A stretch of DNA of 64,000 nt from Candidatus Cloacimonadota bacterium. Its GTDB lineage: Bacteria; Cloacimonadota; Cloacimonadia; Cloacimonadales; TCS61. Under the pieces are notes generated by a model. The model made no database searches. It was not told the origin of the DNA and was given only the letters and a program-made list of their open reading frames with translations. The stretch lies in assembly GCA_021157525.1 (NCBI GenBank), contig JAGGWK010000060.1, forward strand, positions 11,293 to 75,292, given 5' to 3'. The position numbers were made by a program, and so were the translations under genes. Below are positions 21,172-30,641 of this stretch, piece by piece (within the stretch, counting starts at the first letter, position 1; each line of letters starts with the position of its first letter).

Positions 21172-22452
21172 ATGAGAAAATTCCACATTATCAGTTTGGG
21201 ATGCCCAAAAAATCTGGTGGACAGCGAAGTCTTCACGGCTCTTGCCCAGCAGGGCGGCTACACCTATACTCAGGATGCAGAAACCGCTGAGCTGATCATT
21301 GTAAACACCTGCGGTTTCATCAATGATGCCAAAGAAGAATCCATCGCTGCCATACTGGATGCAGTAGAGTATAAAAAGGATGGTGCATGCAAAACCTTGG
21401 TAGCCACCGGATGCCTGGTGCGGCGCTACATGGCACAACTGCGGGAAGAAATACCGGAAGTGGATCATTTCGTTGATCTCAAGGATTTTGCCGATTTTGC
21501 CCACATCCTCCACACCACACCCTCAACAGATCGTGAATTACTCACACCACCCCATTACGCCTACATCCGCATCAGTGACGGCTGCAACAACCATTGCAGT
21601 TACTGCGCCATCCCCGACATTCGTGGACCATTGATAAGCCGCAGCATCACCGATGTGGTGGCCGAAGCTGGTAATCTGGCAGGTCGCGGTGTGAAGGAAC
21701 TCATCGTTACCGCCCAAGACACCACACAATTCGGAGCAGACAGCCACGGTAAATCGTTGCTGGCACCTCTTTTGAAGCAGCTTCACGACATTGAAGGATT
21801 TGAGTGGATTCGCCTGTTGTACCTCCATCCTGCCCACATCACCAGCGAGCTCATAGATATGATTGCGGGGTTGCCTAGAGTGTGTAACTATTTTGAGATT
21901 CCGCTTCAGCACATATCTCAGGGCATCCTGCAACAGATGAACCGCCATGTTGGCCAGGAACGTATTAAGGAAATTTACCGGGAAATCCGTGCCAAGATCC
22001 CCGATGCAGTGATGCGCACCACTCTCATTGTAGGGTATCCGGGAGAGACAGAGGAAGATTTTGCCGAGCTGAAACAATTCATCCAGGAATATCCTTTTGA
22101 ACGTTTGGGCATATTCACCTACTCTCAGGAAGAAGGAACTGTTGCAGGAGCATGTGAGAATCAGGTGGATGCAGCCATAGCCCAGCAGCGCAAAGACGAG
22201 CTTATGCAAATTCAGATACAGATTTCCACAACCCAGCTGGCCCGTTTTGTTGGCCGCCGCATCCCGGTAATCATCGATGCCATGGGGGAGGAATATCCCT
22301 TTGAAGGACGCAGTTATTTTGATGCCCCCGATATCGACGGCACCGTGTTCATAACCAATGAAGATGCAGCCATTGGGGAAGTGGTGGAGGTGGAAATCAT
22401 CGATTCATGGGAATATGATCTGGTGGGCACCATCGTCACACCCATCCCATAG
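21172..22452 (+). CDS. rimO: ribosomal protein S12 methylthiotransferase RimO
   Basis: It has a UPF0004 N-domain (SLGCPKNLVDSE), a radical-SAM CNNHCSYC motif and a C-terminal TRAM domain. I moved the start to ATG 21172. Confidence 0.88.
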   Translation: MRKFHIISLGCPKNLVDSEVFTALAQQGGYTYTQDAETAELIIVNTCGFINDAKEESIAAILDAVEYKKDGACKTLVATGCLVRRYMAQLREEIPEVDHFVDLKDFADFAHILHTTPSTDRELLTPPHYAYIRISDGCNNHCSYCAIPDIRGPLISRSITDVVAEAGNLAGRGVKELIVTAQDTTQFGADSHGKSLLAPLLKQLHDIEGFEWIRLLYLHPAHITSELIDMIAGLPRVCNYFEIPLQHISQGILQQMNRHVGQERIKEIYREIRAKIPDAVMRTTLIVGYPGETEEDFAELKQFIQEYPFERLGIFTYSQEEGTVAGACENQVDAAIAQQRKDELMQIQIQISTTQLARFVGRRIPVIIDAMGEEYPFEGRSYFDAPDIDGTVFITNEDAAIGEVVEVEIIDSWEYDLVGTIVTPIP

Positions 22453-22497
22453 CCCCATGCATCCATACTGCAAAAAACCAGATACGAGGAGAAACGA

Positions 22498-23493
22498 ATG
22501 AGAAGAAAAATTGCCTGCACCGGCATCAAACCCACCGGTGTCCCTCATATTGGAAATTATTTTGGCATGTACAAACCAGCTCTGGAGCTGGCAAAAGAGT
22601 ATGACACCCGCTATTTCATCGCCGATTATCATGCGCTGAATTCGGTAAAAGACCCTGCCGTGCTCAAGAAAAATATCTACGAAGTCACCGCCACATGGCT
22701 TGCCTGCGGGCTTGATCCCGAGACGCAGATTATCTACAAACAATCTGATGTGCCCTGGACCTTTGAGCTTTCTACCATGCTCATGGCCTTTACTCCCAAA
22801 GGCCTGATGAATCGGGCTCATGCCTACAAAGCCATGGTGCAAGCCAATACCGAAAACGGTAAAGACCCCGATAATGGCGTGAATGTGGGACTTTTTACCT
22901 ACCCCATCCTCATGGCTGCCGACATCCTGCAATTTGATTCTGACGTGGTGCCGGTGGGGAAAGATCAGGTTCAGCACCTGGAAATGGCCGTGGACATCGC
23001 GGAGGCCATCAACCGCAACTATGGCAAGGAGCTTCTCACCATCCCCAAAGGCGTAGTCCGCAAGGAGACAGGCCTGGTTATCGGGATGGATGGGCGCAAA
23101 ATGAGCAAAAGTTACAACAACACGATTCCCCTCTTTTTGCCTGCCAGGAAATTGCGTAAGCTGGTGATGAAAATCGTCACCAATTCCCAAACCATAGATG
23201 AGCCCAAAAACCCTGATGAATGTAATGTGTTTACCCTGTACAAACTCTTCGCAAATGAAGAGCAACAGGAAGCCCTCCGACGACGGTACCTGGCTGGTGG
23301 CATGGGCTGGGGAACTGCCAAGCAGGAATTGTTTGAGGTAATGGACGCCTATCTGGCACCAATGCGCCAAAAGTATGAAGCCCTCATGGCAGACACCGCC
23401 TATATGGAAACCGTTTTGCGCCAAGGTGCTGAAAAAGCAGCAGCTATCGTTTCTGAAAAAATGACGTTTTTACGAGCTCACATGGGTATGTAA
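22498..23493 (+). CDS. trpS: tryptophanyl-tRNA synthetase
   Basis: It is a class I enzyme with a HIGH-like motif (GVPHIGNYFG) and KMSKS. Confidence 0.92.
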   Translation: MRRKIACTGIKPTGVPHIGNYFGMYKPALELAKEYDTRYFIADYHALNSVKDPAVLKKNIYEVTATWLACGLDPETQIIYKQSDVPWTFELSTMLMAFTPKGLMNRAHAYKAMVQANTENGKDPDNGVNVGLFTYPILMAADILQFDSDVVPVGKDQVQHLEMAVDIAEAINRNYGKELLTIPKGVVRKETGLVIGMDGRKMSKSYNNTIPLFLPARKLRKLVMKIVTNSQTIDEPKNPDECNVFTLYKLFANEEQQEALRRRYLAGGMGWGTAKQELFEVMDAYLAPMRQKYEALMADTAYMETVLRQGAEKAAAIVSEKMTFLRAHMGM

Positions 23494-23523
23494 GAAATTT
23501 TAAGAGCAATCGGGAAATAATAT

Positions 23524-23552
23524 TTGACACTAAAACCGGAGCTCAATAATTG
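23524..23552 (+). promoter_or_regulatory. candidate sigma70-type promoter for secG-tRNA-Leu
   Basis: The pattern is TTGACA (23524-23529), a 17-nt spacer, then TAATTG (23547-23552), 29 nt upstream of the secG ATG. Confidence 0.3.
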
Positions 23553-23580
23553 TGCTTTGATATTAAGAAAAGGAGAGTAA

Positions 23581-23937
23581 ATGTATACTCTATTAATGAT
23601 ATTGTTTGTGATCGTTTGTGTCGCATTGATAGGTGTGATTCTGGCTCAGTCCAGTAAAGGTGGTGGTCTTGAAGGTATCGTTGGCAACACAGCATCCGGC
23701 CTTCTTGGTGGTCAAGGAGCTTCATCATTTTTGAAAAACGCAACACGGGTTTTGGCTATTATTTTTGTGATACTGTGCATCCTCTTGGCATTTCAGAAGC
23801 CGGGAGGCCCCAAAAGCTCTTCCAATAAAGCTGTGAAAGCATTGCAAAAAGAAGCAGCTCAAGAACAGACTCAGGAATTGCCTCCTATGCCGGCAAATGA
23901 AAATCCTGCACCGGCTGCCGAAGGCACAACAGAATAA
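23581..23937 (+). CDS. secG: preprotein translocase subunit SecG
   Basis: It has two TM helices flanking a G-rich loop (SSKGGGLEGIVGNTASGLLGG) and a GGAGAG RBS. Confidence 0.85.
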   Translation: MYTLLMILFVIVCVALIGVILAQSSKGGGLEGIVGNTASGLLGGQGASSFLKNATRVLAIIFVILCILLAFQKPGGPKSSSNKAVKALQKEAAQEQTQELPPMPANENPAPAAEGTTE

Positions 23938-23945
23938 AAAAATTA

Positions 23946-24033
23946 GCAGAAGTGGTGGAATTGGCAGACACGCAAGACTAAGGATCTTGTGCCCCTATCG
24001 GGTGTGCGGGTTCAAGTCCCGCCTTCTGTACCA
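23946..24033 (+). tRNA. tRNA-Leu; the anticodon loop CTAAGGA reads as anticodon AAG
   Basis: Hand-folded cloverleaf: acceptor GCAGAAG/CTTCTGT, anticodon stem CAAGA/TCTTG, long variable arm, T-arm GCGGG-TTCAAGT-CCCGC. CCA is encoded. Confidence 0.85.
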
Positions 24034-24041
24034 TACTAAAG

Positions 24042-24064
24042 CGACTCTTCGGAGTCGTTTTTTT
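24042..24064 (+). terminator. rho-independent terminator after tRNA-Leu
   Basis: The hairpin is CGACTC-TTCG-GAGTCG, followed by T7. Confidence 0.85.
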
Positions 24065-24145
24065 GTACCTGCACCGGTATCCGGTTTTACAAAACTTACG
24101 TTTCACGATGTTTTGAACTTTTTATCAAATCTTTCAATATTATGC

Positions 24146-24174
24146 TTGACATCAATATCCCTTTCCTATTTTTG
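24146..24174 (+). promoter_or_regulatory. candidate promoter (TTGACA-N15-TATTTTTG) for the TetR gene
   Basis: TTGACA lies at 24146-24151. TATTTTTG at 24167-24174 matches the Bacteroidota-type -7 box TAnnTTTG exactly. Confidence 0.35.
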
Positions 24175-24212
24175 AATATGGTAAAAAAGGTTCAAAATAA
24201 AAGGAGTAACCT

Positions 24213-24782
24213 ATGGGGCGTAAAGAAGAGATTATTGCTGCCGCAGAAAAAGTGTTCATCAAGTACGGGCTGGAGAAAATAACCCTTGATGATATTGCTT
24301 TCGAGTGCGGCATCAAAAAGACCGCTCTCTACTACTATTTCAAAAACAAAGATGAGATATTGAGCGCCATGATTAAAACGAAGGCTATGGCCATCTCCGA
24401 CCACATTCGTAGTAAAGTAATGGAATGTGACAACGTAAGGGATAGACTGCGTACATTTATGCGATCCAAGATTTCCATCATGCAGGAAAACATGCGTTTT
24501 ATGAAACTTTTTGAACGGGAAGGTCTCCCTAAAAGAGCCATGGAGTTTCTCAACAAGGTTGAACGCTCGATGACAGATTCCGATTTTTCCCTGGTAAAGG
24601 AAGTAATCAGCCAAGGAATCAAAAACAATCGTATCTCCTACCAGATGAGCGACTCCCTGGTACTGATGATCCTTGGCGTGGCCTACGGCTCCTTCATAGG
24701 GAAGCACTACAACAAATGCAATTGGAATACCGATGCCATGATCGAAACTGCAATTGATGTCATTTTTAGAGGAATAGAATAG
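24213..24782 (+). CDS. TetR/AcrR family transcriptional regulator
   Basis: It has an N-terminal HTH (ITLDDIAFECGIKKTALYYYFKNKDEI) and an AGGAG RBS. Confidence 0.85.
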   Translation: MGRKEEIIAAAEKVFIKYGLEKITLDDIAFECGIKKTALYYYFKNKDEILSAMIKTKAMAISDHIRSKVMECDNVRDRLRTFMRSKISIMQENMRFMKLFEREGLPKRAMEFLNKVERSMTDSDFSLVKEVISQGIKNNRISYQMSDSLVLMILGVAYGSFIGKHYNKCNWNTDAMIETAIDVIFRGIE

Positions 24783-24794
24783 GGATGTTAATCC

Positions 24795-25040
24795 ATGAAA
24801 AAACAAATCCCTCTGTTCTTCGTGCTGATAGGCAGCCTTGTGCTGGGAGCTCAGGTAGAGCTAACCCTTCATCAGAGCATGGAACTGGTTCAAAAGAACA
24901 ACAAAACCCTGCAAAAAGCCCGTGAAGAGGTGAGCAAATACCGTGAGGAATACAACAACGTCCGGGGCAATCTGCTGCCTGATGTTTCTCTGGAAGCAGG
25001 CTGTCAGTTCAGCAAAATCTGGATGCCGGATGCCCTCTGA
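24795..25040 (+). pseudogene. TolC-family outer-membrane efflux protein, N-terminal ~67-aa remnant
   Basis: The signal peptide plus LTLHQSMELVQKNNKTLQKAREEVSKYREEYNNVRGNLLPDVSLEAG matches the TolC/OEP N-terminus. Similarity then ends and a stop follows at 81 aa. Confidence 0.6.
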
Positions 25041-25128
25041 AACCACCGAAGAAACACTTCTGGAAGCAAGTCCTACCAGGCTCAAGCCCATTCTTATCAG
25101 TAGCATAGCCATCAAGGAACGGGTTTAA
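25039..25128 (+). pseudogene. possible RND (AcrB-like) pump internal fragment
   Basis: In a different frame, TLLEASPTRLKPILISSIAI resembles the conserved AcrB segment ...RLRPILMTSLA... It is only ~30 codons long and bounded by stops. Confidence 0.35.
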
Positions 25129-25182
25129 CATAGAGATGATGGCACAAGTCCTTCCGCTTTTCCCCAAAGGGAATCAGAGAAA

Positions 25183-25665
25183 ATGAAAATCAAAAGGATC
25201 ATATCCATCAATGCTATTTTACTTCTGGTGGTTTGTGTACAGGCTCAGGAGCCAACACCCGAAAATCCTCTGGAAAAAATCAGGGTAAATCACCCGGCCA
25301 CACACCATACCGGGATTTCTATCTCTCCCGCATCAGGGGTATGGCAGGATGCACCTACGTCCAGCCCTTCAGCCTATCACACCCGAGCGCTGTGTGAGGC
25401 GGGTGGATTTATCGCCGGATTGTGGAGTTACGATCGTTACGTAACCAAACAGCCTTGGGCGATGATAGGAACAAACAGCATCAAAGCAAATTTCCAGCAT
25501 GGCTTTGAGTGGGATCGGGGAGAATTTGGCATGAATCAGATTTTACACCCCTATAGCTACGGCTTAAGTTATACCTGTTATCACCGTAACGGCCAATATC
25601 ATAACCATCCCGATATCAAAAGTTTCAGCGATATGCTGAGAACCTATATAAAGGTAACCATCTGA
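25183..25665 (+). CDS. hypothetical secreted protein
   Basis: It has a signal peptide (MKIKRIISINAILLLVVCVQAQ). The segment FEWDRGEFGMNQILHPYSYGLSY is vaguely DUF3943-like, but I am not certain of that. Confidence 0.45.
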   Translation: MKIKRIISINAILLLVVCVQAQEPTPENPLEKIRVNHPATHHTGISISPASGVWQDAPTSSPSAYHTRALCEAGGFIAGLWSYDRYVTKQPWAMIGTNSIKANFQHGFEWDRGEFGMNQILHPYSYGLSYTCYHRNGQYHNHPDIKSFSDMLRTYIKVTI

Positions 25666-25782
25666 TGCAGCGGTACAGTACTCATTATTGTCTTACACGA
25701 CCGAATAAATATGTTCCCCTTCTCAGTTGTTGTGCGCTTTTGTGTGAATCTACGTGGTACACATCTACTAAAGAGTGTTAGT

Positions 25783-26643
25783 ATGAAAAATAAAAACATC
25801 ATTTCCATCGAGTCTCAAGCAAGCTTGCAGCTGTTTGAGACATATAAGGATATAGCTACTGCCGAGTTCCGTGGCAGGATGCATCCTCTTCTGGCCACAA
25901 AGATAAAAAAACAGGGATTCAAGGCTCTATTTCATCAGGATATCACCATCAACCTGCGCAAAACGAAGCGCAATGTGGTGATGGATATTTCATTGCCCGA
26001 AGATGATCAACTGGCAGGACAGCACATGACAGTCAAGCACAACGAAATGAATCTCTTTCGTCAGCTGGAATCACTGGTGAAAACCACCAAGGCAAAACGC
26101 GCCTGGCAGGCAGCTCTCAAACTGATTGATCTGGGTCTGCATACCCCCTTGCCCTTGGGATATTTAGAGCGCTTCAAGGGACCTTTAATTCACAAAACCG
26201 CCTATTTCACCAAAACCATTGAACAGGGTCAGAGTGTGAAAACATGGTTTTGGGATGAACAGCGCAACGAAGCAGAACAGCAGCAAATGATTGCGGCGGT
26301 GGCAGCCTATAGCCGGCGGATGCATGACAACGGAATTACCCATAATGATCTGCATCTCTCTAACTTTATGGTAAGCCCTACTGATGAAGGATTGCAGCTC
26401 AGCTGCATTGACCTCAATCGGTGCCGATACCACCGACGCCTGACTCTGTGGCAACGTTGTCTGGATCTCAGCCGCTTTTCCTGGAGAGGCTATCTCCCGC
26501 AATTCCTTGATGCTTACTGTGGTTCTGATTTCTCCCTTGATGGCTGGTGGTGGGTAGCTCGCTGGTCACGGAAACTACGGAAAAAACGGCGTCAACTGAA
26601 GAGAGTTTCTAATAGGCTGAATAACTGCATGCATCCAGCTTGA
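25783..26643 (+). CDS. lipopolysaccharide kinase (Kdo/WaaP) family protein
   Basis: It has a kinase catalytic loop (ITHNDLHLSNFMV) and IDLNR. The start is uncertain: ATG 25783 is preferred over 25711, and neither has a strong RBS. Confidence 0.6.
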   Translation: MKNKNIISIESQASLQLFETYKDIATAEFRGRMHPLLATKIKKQGFKALFHQDITINLRKTKRNVVMDISLPEDDQLAGQHMTVKHNEMNLFRQLESLVKTTKAKRAWQAALKLIDLGLHTPLPLGYLERFKGPLIHKTAYFTKTIEQGQSVKTWFWDEQRNEAEQQQMIAAVAAYSRRMHDNGITHNDLHLSNFMVSPTDEGLQLSCIDLNRCRYHRRLTLWQRCLDLSRFSWRGYLPQFLDAYCGSDFSLDGWWWVARWSRKLRKKRRQLKRVSNRLNNCMHPA

Positions 26644-26730
26644 AGATGTGGTAAGCACAAAAGCCAAATCCCGATTGACATGAATTCCCCGGCAAGAAAC
26701 ATGACGGGCAATGAATATTCAGAGGTAATA

Positions 26731-27555
26731 ATGCAAAGTGATTTGATACAGATGGCATTGCAAGAGGATTTAGGCACTGAGGGAGACGTTACTTCCGATG
26801 CCATCTTTTGTGATGAAGTGGCAGAATATTGGCTGATAGCCAAAGACGAAGGTGTCCTTTGCGGAATGGATGTAGTGCGGGAAGTGTTACACAGGGTTGA
26901 CCCTGACATCGCGCTGGACACCACCTATACCGACGGGGACAAGGTATTTCCCGGTGATGAAGTAGCCAAAATAAGTGGCCCCACCAAACAGATTTTGTGC
27001 GCTGAGCGCACCCTCCTCAATTTCCTTTCCCATCTCAGCGGCATCGCCACCAGTACCGCCCGTTTTGTAGAAGCGGCAAAGGGTAAAGTAAAAATTCTGG
27101 ACACCCGCAAAACCCTTCCGGGCTGGCGAAAACTGCAAAAATACGCAGTGAAATGCGGCGGCGGAACCAATCACCGCATGGGGCTGTACGACATGGTTCT
27201 CATCAAAGACAACCATGTGGACGAAGCCGGAGGCGTAACCGAAGCCGTCCAGCGTGTACGGGATGCATGGGGTAACCGCTTCAGTATTGAAGTAGAGACC
27301 CGCACCCTCAAGGAAGTGATCGAAGCCGTGGAATCCGGTGCCGATATCATCATGTTGGATAATATGGACAACAGCACCATGCATAAGGCGGTGGAGGTTA
27401 TCGATGGACGGGCCGAGACCGAAGCCAGCGGCAATATGAGCGTTGAGCGAGTAGCTGGCGTTGCCGCCACCGGCGTCGATTTCATCTCGGTAGGCGCACT
27501 TACCCACAGCGTGATAGCTCTGGATTTCAGTTTGAAAAAGCGGGAGCAGATATGA
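26731..27555 (+). CDS. nadC: nicotinate-nucleotide pyrophosphorylase (carboxylating)
   Basis: The N-terminus ALQEDLGTEGDVTS and motifs TRKT.PG, LIKDNH and MLDNM mark it. I chose the start at ATG 26731 (AGAGGT RBS). Confidence 0.88.
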   Translation: MQSDLIQMALQEDLGTEGDVTSDAIFCDEVAEYWLIAKDEGVLCGMDVVREVLHRVDPDIALDTTYTDGDKVFPGDEVAKISGPTKQILCAERTLLNFLSHLSGIATSTARFVEAAKGKVKILDTRKTLPGWRKLQKYAVKCGGGTNHRMGLYDMVLIKDNHVDEAGGVTEAVQRVRDAWGNRFSIEVETRTLKEVIEAVESGADIIMLDNMDNSTMHKAVEVIDGRAETEASGNMSVERVAGVAATGVDFISVGALTHSVIALDFSLKKREQI

Positions 27556-28589
27556 CAAACCTCGAGAAAATTTCCTCCATAAAAAAAACATTGGGTAGCA
27601 AACTCACCATTCCGGCTCATCATTATGAGACTGATGACATCGTTGCATGCGCCGATTTTGTGGGAGATTCCTATAAACTGGCAGTGGATTGTTCTCACAC
27701 CGATGCCCAATACATCGTTTTTTGCGGCGTACGGTTTATGGCCGAAAGCGCTGCCATCCTGGCCAAACCAGGCCAGAAAGTTCTGCATCCGGAACCTGGC
27801 TCCGGCTGTCCTATGGCAGATATGATCACCGCAGAGCAGGCTCACGCGGCACTGAAATTGGCCGCCACAAGAACATCCAGGGAAATCATTCCCGTGGTTT
27901 ACATGAACTCCTATGCCGACACCAAGGCCTTTGCCGGTGAGCATGGCGGCGCAGTGTGCACCAGCAGCAATGCGGCAAAAATCGTGCAGCATTTTCTGGA
28001 TGCCGGTAAAGCTGTGCTTTTTGCACCGGATTACAATCTGGGGATAAACACTGCCGATCTGCTGGGCATTGGCGCTCAAACCATTAAAATCACCCGGGAT
28101 ATTCAGCTGGAGAGCATAGCCGATGATCCTCGCATGTTTTTATGGGATGGATTTTGTCATGTGCACAAAGAGTTTTCATTGGCACAGATCAGCCGGCAGC
28201 GGGCTTCCGATGCAAAGATGCAGGTGATCGTGCATCCCGAATGCAATCGTGAGGTGGTGCAAACAGCCGACATCAGCGGATCAACATCCCAGATTTACGC
28301 CGCCATCGCACAATCCCCCGCAGGAAGCAGCTGGGCGGTGGGAACCGAATATCAGTTTGTAAACCGCATGGCAGAGAAATTCCCTGAAAAGACCATCGTT
28401 CCCATTACCACATCCATCTGTGTTGAGATGAGCAAAATTGATCAGGAAAAACTTCTGCTGTCTCTGGAATCCATAACCAACCATGAGGAATCCGGAAGTC
28501 CATTGCTTCATGAAGTGATTGTGCCGCACCATTTGAGGGATCATGCCCGGATGGCATTGAATCGAATGCTTGCCATAATGGAGAATTGA
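27552..28589 (+). CDS. nadA: quinolinate synthase
   Basis: It has an ATGA overlap with nadC, NadA motifs (HHY...D.VGDS, GVRFMAESA, HPEC), and sits between nadC and nadB. Confidence 0.9.
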   Translation: MTNLEKISSIKKTLGSKLTIPAHHYETDDIVACADFVGDSYKLAVDCSHTDAQYIVFCGVRFMAESAAILAKPGQKVLHPEPGSGCPMADMITAEQAHAALKLAATRTSREIIPVVYMNSYADTKAFAGEHGGAVCTSSNAAKIVQHFLDAGKAVLFAPDYNLGINTADLLGIGAQTIKITRDIQLESIADDPRMFLWDGFCHVHKEFSLAQISRQRASDAKMQVIVHPECNREVVQTADISGSTSQIYAAIAQSPAGSSWAVGTEYQFVNRMAEKFPEKTIVPITTSICVEMSKIDQEKLLLSLESITNHEESGSPLLHEVIVPHHLRDHARMALNRMLAIMEN

Positions 28590-28590
28590 G

Positions 28591-30159
28591 ATGCGTAGAA
28601 AATTTGATGTCGTCATTATCGGGACGGGAATCGCCGGATTAACCGCCGGCATTTTTTTGCATAAGGCAGGACGTAATGTAGCGATAATCACCAAAGAAGA
28701 TGACATCGCTGCCACTGCCACCAACCTTGCACAGGGCGGAATAATCGCCTGGCAGCCCAACGACTCGGCCCAAATCCTGGCCGATGACCTCATAAAGGCC
28801 GGGTGCGGTGTGAATAACCGGCAGGCGGTGGAACAATTGGCACGTGAAGGGCCGCAACTGGTTTTTGATTTTCTCATCGATGAAGTAGGATTGCAGTTCA
28901 GCACAGCTGATGACGGCTCTCTGGATTACACCGAAGAAGCTGCCCATGCTGTCCGACGCATCCTGCACTACCACGATTTCACCGGCGACCGCATCCAGCA
29001 TAGTTTGATGGATTATGCCAGAAGCATCGGACTTTCCATCCTGAGTGGTCGCACCAGCATAGACCTTATCACAAACATCCACCATTCTCAAGACTCCCAG
29101 GAGATTTACCGACCCCGGGAAGTGATGGGCGTGTATGTGCTCAACAATAACACCAAAAAGATCGATACTTTTTTAGCATATGACGTAATCTTGGCCACCG
29201 GGGGCGTAGGCAACCTGTATCAGCACACCACAAATCCGTCGGGAGCTACGGGGGACGGCATGAGCATGGCCCATCAGGCTGGTGCCGAAATCATCAATGC
29301 CGAGTACATTCAGTTTCACCCCACAGCCCTGTATCATCGGGATATAAAGCGCTTTTTGATATCGGAATCCTTGCGCGGTGAGGGAGCAATTTTGCTGAAT
29401 CATACTGGGGAAGCCTTTATGAAAAGGTATGCATCCAAACGGGAATTGGCGCCTCGTGATGTGGTTGCCAGAGCCATCTACGAAGAGATGGCTAAAACGG
29501 GAAAAGAGTATCTTTATCTGGATGCAGCGAATCATTACAAGGGAGCAAAGCCGTTGAAAGACCGGTTTTCCAAGATCTACGCCACATGTCTGGAAGGGGG
29601 TATTGATATCACCAGAGATCCCATCCCCATCGTGCCGGCAGCCCACTATTTTTGCGGTGGCATCAAGGTCGATCTGGATGGGCGTTCCACCCTGAAAAAT
29701 CTCTATGCTGTCGGTGAGACCAGTTGTACCGGACTGCACGGGGCAAATCGTCTGGCATCATCATCACTGCTGGAAGGCTTATTGTGGGGTAAGCGCTCTG
29801 CAATGGCTATAATCAAGGAAGATACAAAGATCTCCGCAGCCCGATTCAGCGCCATCCCAAACTGGCAGCCCCCAGAGCACACCGAGATTTTCGATCCCAT
29901 TCTATTTGTGCAGGATTGGAGTATTATTCAACAAACCATGTGGAATTATGCCGGGATCATTCGCACCCAAAAGGGATTGGAACGAGCCCGTGCGGATATC
30001 AATTATCACTCCCATCGTATTTTCAAATTTTATCAAGAGGCACAGCTGTCCAAAGAGATTATCGAATTGCGCAATGGCATCGTGAATGCGTCTATAATAG
30101 TACATGCTGCACAGCACAATAATAAATCCTTAGGCTGCCACTTTGTTGCATCCAAATAA
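28591..30159 (+). CDS. nadB: L-aspartate oxidase
   Basis: It has an FAD-binding motif (DVVIIGTGIAGL), LAQGGI, HPTAL and GLHGANRLASSSLLEG. Confidence 0.92.
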   Translation: MRRKFDVVIIGTGIAGLTAGIFLHKAGRNVAIITKEDDIAATATNLAQGGIIAWQPNDSAQILADDLIKAGCGVNNRQAVEQLAREGPQLVFDFLIDEVGLQFSTADDGSLDYTEEAAHAVRRILHYHDFTGDRIQHSLMDYARSIGLSILSGRTSIDLITNIHHSQDSQEIYRPREVMGVYVLNNNTKKIDTFLAYDVILATGGVGNLYQHTTNPSGATGDGMSMAHQAGAEIINAEYIQFHPTALYHRDIKRFLISESLRGEGAILLNHTGEAFMKRYASKRELAPRDVVARAIYEEMAKTGKEYLYLDAANHYKGAKPLKDRFSKIYATCLEGGIDITRDPIPIVPAAHYFCGGIKVDLDGRSTLKNLYAVGETSCTGLHGANRLASSSLLEGLLWGKRSAMAIIKEDTKISAARFSAIPNWQPPEHTEIFDPILFVQDWSIIQQTMWNYAGIIRTQKGLERARADINYHSHRIFKFYQEAQLSKEIIELRNGIVNASIIVHAAQHNNKSLGCHFVASK

Positions 30160-30246
30160 AATCATAAAAATCGACGTACAGGATTTACACTCTTTTGCGC
30201 CGGTTTTTTATCATTTTTTACAGATGAGCTCCATCACAATTTTCCC

Positions 30247-30567
30247 CTAGAACCACTCGTTGGTGGGAGCAAACCCAAAACCACGATAAAAAGCTTCAGC
30301 CCTTTCGTTTCCCTCTGCAAGATTCAGAGTGATGCGGTTGCATTGAGGTAATACCGAGAGGTCATCGAGCAATTCCCGAAAGGCGGCGGAACCCAGCCCT
30401 TTGTGTTGGTGGTTTTTATTGATCATCATGGTAAGGATGTCATGATGGTCAGCCCGAGATCCTTTTTCATATACCGGCAGCCCCACTGGGACGTCGTCTT
30501 CTACTGTCACCAGAGGAATCCGGGTGTTATGAGCATTACAATTGGCAATGGTTGAGCATTTGAAGGG
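30247..30567 (-). pseudogene. GNAT acetyltransferase, 5'-truncated
   Basis: The frame is open only from 30567, with a stop at 30568-30570. It retains the acetyl-CoA motif (HQHKGLGSAAF) and C-terminal strands but lacks ~40-50 N-terminal residues and has no ATG (only GTG at 30510). Confidence 0.5.
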
Positions 30568-30614
30568 CTAAAAGGTTTTTGGGTATCGGTAACGTCCATC
30601 TTGAGAACATCTGC

Positions 30615-30641
30615 AAAAAAAAGCCGCATCAAATGATGCGG
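30615..30641 (-). terminator. rho-independent terminator after the Ser-Ser-Gln-Gln tRNA array
   Basis: On the minus strand the hairpin is CCGCATC-ATTT-GATGCGG, followed by CTTTTTTTT. Confidence 0.8.

Noticed and set aside
26644-26730. A possible NAD+ (nadA-motif) riboswitch upstream of nadC-nadA-nadB.
   Set aside because: The region contains only a 4-bp CCCG/CGGG hairpin and a TTGACA box. It has no tandem-domain structure or conserved core that I can recognise, and it is only 87 nt long.
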